Source: Gemmatimonadota bacterium
Lineage (GTDB): Bacteria > Gemmatimonadota > Gemmatimonadetes > Gemmatimonadales > Gemmatimonadaceae
Assembly (NCBI GenBank): GCA_031372565.1
Contig: JANMLN010000022.1
Coordinates: forward strand, 1-31,907
DNA length: 31,907 bases
Direction: 5' to 3'
This document shows positions 26,734 through 31,907 of the stretch, one piece after another. Position 1 is the first letter of the stretch; the number at the start of each line of letters is the position of its first letter. The notes beneath the pieces were generated by a model. It saw only the letters and a program-made list of their open reading frames with translations, did not search any database and had not been told where the DNA came from. The position numbers and the translations under genes were made by a program.

Positions 26734-27411
26734 GTGGGTTTCTCGTATCCCGTCTCGGGACAGGTGGTGCGGAGCGGCGCGGAGCGTGCAACGCTCGTGC
26801 GACGCACGTATGGCCTCGTCTTCGTCTCGATCTTCTTCACGATCGCTGGCAGTGCGCTCGGCCTCTCGCAGCCTGGGCTGCTCGAGTTCTCGGCGCGCCA
26901 CCCGTTCATCATGATGCTCATCACGTTCGCGCCGTTGCTCATGGCGACGCGCGTGCGCACGCAGTTCCCGGCCAACGTCGGGTTCGTCCTGCTCTTCACG
27001 CTCGTTGAGGGCGTGGCGATCTCGCCGCTGCTGGCCTACTACGGTCGCAACAATCCGGACCTGATCTGGCAGGCGGGGGCGCTCACGCTCTCCACCTTCG
27101 GCGTCCTCACGGCCTATACCTGGCTGTCCAAGCGCGACTTCAGCGCGCTCGGCTCCTTCTTCGTGGTCGGCTTGTGGGTGCTGATCGGCACGTCGTTGCT
27201 CAACATGTTCTTCCAGAGCGCGCTCGCGAGCCTGTGGATCGCCGGCGCGACGGTGCTCGTCTTCTCCGGCATGCTGATTTTCGACACGTGGCGCCTCAAG
27301 AACGTGTTCGGGCCGGATGAGTACGTGATGGCCGCGGTGCAGATCTATCTCGACCTGCTGAACATGTTCCTCGCCATCGTGCAACTGCTGGGCGGCGGGC
27401 GGCGCGACTAG
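26734..27411 (+). CDS. Bax inhibitor-1/YccA family membrane protein
   Basis: About 7 hydrophobic helices, RRTYGL, KRDFSALG, IFDT, and YVMAAVQIYLDLLNMFL. GTG start after AGGAG. Confidence 0.92.
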   Translation: MGFSYPVSGQVVRSGAERATLVRRTYGLVFVSIFFTIAGSALGLSQPGLLEFSARHPFIMMLITFAPLLMATRVRTQFPANVGFVLLFTLVEGVAISPLLAYYGRNNPDLIWQAGALTLSTFGVLTAYTWLSKRDFSALGSFFVVGLWVLIGTSLLNMFFQSALASLWIAGATVLVFSGMLIFDTWRLKNVFGPDEYVMAAVQIYLDLLNMFLAIVQLLGGGRRD

Positions 27412-27431
27412 CCGATCGACGCTTCTCGATG

Positions 27432-27474
27432 ACATCGCCCCCGGTGACCCCTCTTGGGTCACCGGGGGCGATGT
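27432..27474. terminator. Long perfect hairpin between convergent genes (probable bidirectional terminator)
   Basis: 19-bp stem ACATCGCCCCCGGTGACCC / GGGTCACCGGGGGCGATGT with loop CTCTT. No U-tract. Confidence 0.6.
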
Positions 27475-27552
27475 GCATCGGGGCCTCGCGTCACGGCGAC
27501 GCGACCGCGCGCGCGGTCGTCGCACCACCGCGTGGACCGTCGCTCGAACGCC

Positions 27553-28404
27553 CTACCCGATCGCGTCGCGAGCCAGCACCGCGAGGTCGTCGGCGCCATG
27601 CCCGCCTGCGATGAGCGCGTCCATGCGCTCCGCCACCGCCGGGAGCGCGGCGAGCGCCAGCGGGCCGGCCGTCTCGATCATCAACCGCACATCCTTGCGC
27701 GCCATGGCCAGCTCGAAGGAGGCGGGCGCGAACTTCCCCCCGGCCATCGCGGTTCCGCGCCCCGTGACGACGGTGGTCAGGTTGAAGAAGTCGAAGAGCC
27801 GCGCGCTGTCCGTGGCCGGAACGCCGGCCGCCTTGCCCACGGTGAACATGTCGGCCACGGTGCCGGCGATGCCGATGAGCAACGCGTTGCCGCACAGCTT
27901 GTAGACGGCGGCCAGATCGCCGCGCTCGCCCAGATACTCGACGCGCTGCGCCTGCGCCGCGAGCGCGGGGTGCACGGCATCGAACAGCGCCCGTGGTCCC
28001 GACGCCATGATGGTGCCCATGGCCTTGCGCGCCATCGAGGGCCCGATGAAGACCGGACAGTGCAGGTACCGCACCCCCTCCGACGCCAAATGTTCACAGC
28101 GCGCGGCCGTGAGCGCGGGCTGCGTGGTGGTATGGTCGACGATGATCGCGTCGGCGCCGAGTCCATCACGGCACTGCGCGATCACCTCGTTGACCGAGGC
28201 ATCGTCCATGAGCACGACGTGCACCCGTTCGGCCCCCCGCACGGCCTCTGCCGGTGATGCGGCCACCCGCGCGCCGAAGGGGGCCAGCGCCTCCGCCTTG
28301 GCGGCGGTGCGGTTCCAGACCGCGACGGTATCGCCGCGTCCGAGCGCGGCCTCTGCAAACGCCGAACCGAGCAGGCCGGTCCCCAGGTACGCGATGTGGG
28401 TCAT
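27553..28404 (-). CDS. NAD(P)-dependent beta-hydroxyacid dehydrogenase (3-hydroxyisobutyrate dehydrogenase family)
   Basis: GTGLLGS, VWNRTAAKA, PVFIGP, catalytic YKLCGN, FELAMARKD. TAAATT lies 6 nt before the ATG. Confidence 0.9.
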   Translation of the reverse strand: MTHIAYLGTGLLGSAFAEAALGRGDTVAVWNRTAAKAEALAPFGARVAASPAEAVRGAERVHVVLMDDASVNEVIAQCRDGLGADAIIVDHTTTQPALTAARCEHLASEGVRYLHCPVFIGPSMARKAMGTIMASGPRALFDAVHPALAAQAQRVEYLGERGDLAAVYKLCGNALLIGIAGTVADMFTVGKAAGVPATDSARLFDFFNLTTVVTGRGTAMAGGKFAPASFELAMARKDVRLMIETAGPLALAALPAVAERMDALIAGGHGADDLAVLARDAIG

Positions 28405-28465
28405 GGGTCCAATTTAGGGCGTGTGGTTGCGCAGGACCTGCCCCACGGCGCAGGTTTGCCCCAGC

Positions 28466-30214
28466 ATGCCGACTCAATCTCTTGTCTCGCTCTCCGCCAC
28501 CGACTGGGCGGTGATGGCTGTCTATTTCGCCTTCGTGTTGGGGATCGGCGTGGTGCTCCGCCGATCCGTGACGTCGAGCGACGAATTCCTGTTGAGCGGG
28601 CGCTCGATGCCGGCGTGGGTGAGCGCGCTGGCCTTCCTCTCCGCCAACCTCGGCGCGCAGGAAGTGATCGGCATGGGTGCGTCGGGCGCCAAGTACGGCA
28701 TCGCGACGAGCCATTTCTACTGGATTGGCGCGGTCCCGGCGATGCTGTTCGTGGGGCTCTTCATGATGCCCTTCTATTACGGCTCCAAGGCGCGGTCGGT
28801 CCCGGAGTACCTGCGCCTCCGCTTCGATGAAAAGACGCGTGCCTACAACGCGGTGTCGTTCGCGGTGATGACCGTGTTCTCCAGCGGCATCTCGATGTAC
28901 GCGATGGGCAAGCTGTTCAACCTGCTGCTGGGCTGGAACCTCGACGCCGCGATGCTGGCGAGCGCCGCGATCGTGCTGGCCTACACGCTGCTCGGTGGTC
29001 TCACCAGCGCGATCTACAATGAAGTGCTGCAGTTCTTCCTGATCGTGTTCGGTTTCGCGCCGCTGGTGTGGCTCGGCATGCGCGACGTGGGTGGCTGGAG
29101 CGGGCTCGTGGCCAAGCTGCAGACGGTGGCCACGACACAGGGCTATGCCAGCGACGCGTGGGTGCGCAGCTGGCACCACATGGGCGCGGCCAAGGACAAT
29201 CCGATCGGCGTGGAGTGGTTCGGGCTCGTGGCGGGCCTGGGCTTCGTGCTCTCGTTCGGCTACTGGTGCACCGACTTCCTCGTGGTGCAGCGCGCGATGG
29301 CGGCGGAGTCGATGACGGCCGCGCGGCGCACGCCGATCCTCGCGGCATTCCCGAAGATGCTCTTCCCGTTCCTCGTGATCGTGCCGGGCATGCTGGCCAT
29401 GGCGTTGACCGCCAGCGGGGCCGCGGTCATCCCGCCCAAGCTCGATGCCGCCGGTGCGCCGCTCGTGGATGCGCTCGGACGGGCCGTGCTCGATTTCGAC
29501 CTGGCCACGCCGTCGCTGCTCATCAAGTACTTCCCGTCGGGGATGCTCGGCCTCGGACTCACGGCGCTGCTCGCGAGCTTCATGAGCGGCATGGCGGGCA
29601 ACGTCACGGCATTCAACACCGTGGTCACGTACGACCTGTATCAGGGCTACGTGAACAAGAACGGCAGCGACAAGCACTACCTCATGGTGGCACGCGTCAC
29701 GACCGTGGTCGGGATCATGGTGTCGATCGCGGCGGCCTATGTGGCGGCGGCGTTCAACAACATCATGGACGTGCTGCAGCTCGTGTTCGCGTTCGTGAAC
29801 GCGCCGCTCTTCGCGACCTTTGCGCTCGGCATGTTCTGGAAGCGCAGCACGGGGCACGGCGCGTTCTGGGGCCTCGTGTCGGGCACGGCGAGCGCCGCCC
29901 TCCACCATGGCATCTCGCTGCCGGCCGGTGCGGTCGTGGGGGTGAAGGGCGGATTCTTCGGCGTGATGATCGGCTACCCGAGCGAGCTGGCACAGACGTT
30001 CTGGACGGCGATCATCGCGTGGAGCACCTGTTTCGCGGTGACGATGGTGGTGAGCCTCGTGACGAAGCCGCGGCCCGAGAGCGAACTGACCGGATTGGTG
30101 ATCGGATTGACGCCCAAACCCAATGACGAGGACGTGAGCTGGTGGCAGCGCCCCACGACGCTCGCCGTCGTGGTCGTGGCCTGCCTGCTCGGCCTCAACG
30201 CGGTGTTCTGGTGA
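28466..30214 (+). CDS. Sodium:solute symporter (SSS family, probably sugar/polyol)
   Basis: FLLSGRSMP, SANLGAQE, SVPEYLRLRF, YWCTDFLVVQRAMAA, GLTALLASFMSG; 13-14 hydrophobic segments. Confidence 0.93.
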   Translation: MPTQSLVSLSATDWAVMAVYFAFVLGIGVVLRRSVTSSDEFLLSGRSMPAWVSALAFLSANLGAQEVIGMGASGAKYGIATSHFYWIGAVPAMLFVGLFMMPFYYGSKARSVPEYLRLRFDEKTRAYNAVSFAVMTVFSSGISMYAMGKLFNLLLGWNLDAAMLASAAIVLAYTLLGGLTSAIYNEVLQFFLIVFGFAPLVWLGMRDVGGWSGLVAKLQTVATTQGYASDAWVRSWHHMGAAKDNPIGVEWFGLVAGLGFVLSFGYWCTDFLVVQRAMAAESMTAARRTPILAAFPKMLFPFLVIVPGMLAMALTASGAAVIPPKLDAAGAPLVDALGRAVLDFDLATPSLLIKYFPSGMLGLGLTALLASFMSGMAGNVTAFNTVVTYDLYQGYVNKNGSDKHYLMVARVTTVVGIMVSIAAAYVAAAFNNIMDVLQLVFAFVNAPLFATFALGMFWKRSTGHGAFWGLVSGTASAALHHGISLPAGAVVGVKGGFFGVMIGYPSELAQTFWTAIIAWSTCFAVTMVVSLVTKPRPESELTGLVIGLTPKPNDEDVSWWQRPTTLAVVVVACLLGLNAVFW

Positions 30215-30411
30215 GCGGCGGCGCGAAGTTCGACGTGCGGGCGCCGCTCGGAGCGCTCTTCGTGCTGCTCGGCGCGATCATTGCCGTGGCGGGGTTCGTC
30301 TCGCGCAATGCCACGCCGACCGGGCTGCCGATCGGGCTGGTGTGGGGCAGCGTGATGATGGTGTTCGGCGCGGTGGTCAGCGCGATGGCGTGGCGCGGGC
30401 GCGGGCGGTAG
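30211..30411 (+). CDS. Small two-TM membrane protein, probable SSS transporter partner
   Basis: GTGA overlap with the SSS stop; 66 aa, FDVRAPLGALFVLLG...IGLVWGSVMMVFG. Confidence 0.75.
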   Translation: MSGGAKFDVRAPLGALFVLLGAIIAVAGFVSRNATPTGLPIGLVWGSVMMVFGAVVSAMAWRGRGR

Positions 30412-30511
30412 TCGACGTCAGGGGTTCGCTGCCGCGCTCACGCGCCGTCGCGCACGGAGTGCCGCCTGGACACGATGAGCGCCTCCGGCAACGTGACTCA
30501 CGCAGGCCCCC

Positions 30512-30796
30512 TCACCCCGCCGCCGCATCGATCTTCGCGGCGAGGTCGAGATCGAGTTGCGTCACGCCACCCGAGGAGTGCGTCGAGAGCGTGATCGTGA
30601 TCTTCGTGTAGCGGATGTCGATATCCGGATGGTGATCCACCGCTTCGGCTTCCATCGCGATGCGCTGCACGAACGCGATCCCCTCGAGGAAGGCCGCGCG
30701 CTGGTAGGTCTTGGTGATCGTGTCGCCCTTGCGCGACCAGCCGGCGAGGGTGCCGAGTGCGCGCTGAATGGCAATGTCGGAGAGTCGTTCAGCCAT
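30512..30796 (-). CDS. phhB: Pterin-4-alpha-carbinolamine dehydratase (PhhB/PCD)
   Basis: AEAVDHHPDI, LSTHSSGGVTQLDLDLAAKID. Confidence 0.92.
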   Translation of the reverse strand: MAERLSDIAIQRALGTLAGWSRKGDTITKTYQRAAFLEGIAFVQRIAMEAEAVDHHPDIDIRYTKITITLSTHSSGGVTQLDLDLAAKIDAAAG

Positions 30797-31814
30797 GATC
30801 GGAGGAGGCGGAGGGAGCGAGGGCGCCACCGCGGCGCCGCGTGCCGGCGCGCCGCACGCCGATCATCTCGGCGACGACGCTGACGGCGATCTCTTCTGGG
30901 GTGTCGGCGCCGATGGCGATGCCGATCGGAGCGTGAATGGCGTCGAGCCGCTCGCGTGGCACCCCCCAGCTCGTGAGCAACGCCCACGTCAGCGCAACCT
31001 TGCGCCGCGAGCCGAGCATGCCGAGGTAGCGGAGGTCGCGCCGCGCAATCTGGTCGACGATGAGCGCATCGTGCTGGTGGCCGCGCGTGGCGACGACCGC
31101 GTACGTCGCGCCATCGAGATCCAGCGTGCTGCCGACATCGTGCCAGTCGCAGGTGATGGTCGCGGCCGCCGTGGGGTGCCGCGCCCGGTCCGTGAACTCG
31201 GCCCGATCATCCACGACGGTCACGCGCCATCCGGCGGTGGTGGCCGCGCGCGCGATGGCGCCGCCCACGTGACCGCCGCCGAAGACGACCAGCCGCGGTG
31301 CACCGGCCACGAGTTCGGTCAGGGCGTGCGTGTCGAGCGCCGGGAGCAGGTCGAGCGCCTCTTCGTCGAGCGCGCCGACGAGGGCGATTCGTTTATCGGG
31401 GCCACGCGTCCACTCGAGCCCGGTCACGAGGAGTCGACGCTCGCCGTTGGCAACCGCGCTGATCGCCTCCGCGTACACGCGCGCCAGCAGCGCGTCGGGG
31501 TAGACGGGTTCGACGACGATCGTGGCGGTGCCGCCACAGGTGAGTCCGTAGTCGCCGGCCAGTTCGGCATTGAGCGTATGTTCGGTCACGCGCGGCGCAC
31601 GCCGTTCGAGCACGTCGTGGCACTGCTCGATGACCTCGCCCTCGAGGCACCCGCCGCCGATCGTGCCGAGTCGTGCGCCGCCGGCGGTGACGAGGAGCTT
31701 GGCGGTGGCCGACATGGGCAGCGAGCCACGGCGCCGTGCGACGGTTGCGAGCGCACCAGCGCCACCACCCGCAGCCAGGCGGGCGCACTCGGCGAGGATC
31801 GCGGCGAGGGACAT
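30789..31814 (-). CDS. xdhC: XdhC/CoxI family molybdoenzyme maturation protein
   Basis: GTIGGGCLEG, GLTCGG, VFGGGHVG, VATRGHQHD, YLGMLGSRRK, HAPIGIAIGADTPEEIAVSVVAE. TACCTT lies 6 nt before the ATG. Confidence 0.92.
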   Translation of the reverse strand: MSLAAILAECARLAAGGGAGALATVARRRGSLPMSATAKLLVTAGGARLGTIGGGCLEGEVIEQCHDVLERRAPRVTEHTLNAELAGDYGLTCGGTATIVVEPVYPDALLARVYAEAISAVANGERRLLVTGLEWTRGPDKRIALVGALDEEALDLLPALDTHALTELVAGAPRLVVFGGGHVGGAIARAATTAGWRVTVVDDRAEFTDRARHPTAAATITCDWHDVGSTLDLDGATYAVVATRGHQHDALIVDQIARRDLRYLGMLGSRRKVALTWALLTSWGVPRERLDAIHAPIGIAIGADTPEEIAVSVVAEMIGVRRAGTRRRGGALAPSASSDHG

Positions 31815-31828
31815 GGGGGAAAGGTACC

Positions 31829-31888
31829 GTGGGCCGGAGCGCGGCGAAGGCCCCCGTCGTCGTCCTGAGCGAAGCGAAGGACCTGCTT
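31829..31888 (+). repeat. REP-like repeat: one exact copy preceded by a degenerate tandem copy
   Basis: 31859-31888 is identical to 10235-10264. 31829-31858 (GTGGGCCGGAGCGCGGCGAAGGCCCCCGTC) is a decayed 30-bp unit. Confidence 0.85.
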
Positions 31889-31907
31889 TTCGTCGGGTCG
31901 CGTCGGG

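Noticed and set aside
30412..30511. Intergenic stretch with faint similarity to the REP (ttcgc...gcgctca), or a possible small RNA
   Set aside because: Similarity is too weak and there is no convincing stem or known RNA motif.

Overview
A 31.9-kb, very GC-rich, densely coding bacterial chromosomal segment. Gene content and style are consistent with a Gemmatimonadota-like organism, which is an inference. About 32 plausible CDSs are present, and I saw no rRNA, tRNA, CRISPR array, integrase or transposase. Left to right: partial M20 amidohydrolase, YaeQ, M19 dipeptidase; FMO, SAM methyltransferase, SdrD-B-like lipoprotein; a 4-gene MacB/LolCDE-type ABC operon; an mntH-usp-mntR operon with a palindromic operator; Nudix plus rhodanese; a cupredoxin-like protein and a GT2; a large N6-adenine DNA methyltransferase coupled to a SNF2-like helicase; a HAD phosphatase; an ECF sigma/anti-sigma pair with three DUF4097 proteins and a YccA/BI-1 protein; a beta-hydroxyacid dehydrogenase; an SSS transporter with a small partner; PCD and XdhC. 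A 30-bp REP-like repeat recurs in four intergenic regions. Most notable: (1) the ABC operon appears to encode a split MacB-type permease whose two complementary halves are the last and first genes, with an AttH/CrtC-like domain fused at the split point; (2) an apparently nuclease-less, strongly Lys-depleted MTase + SNF2 helicase pair; (3) a recurring leaderless-promoter signature (-10 box 6-7 nt before the start codon); (4) a sigma54-type promoter architecture. All calls come from motif reading and by-eye alignment only.
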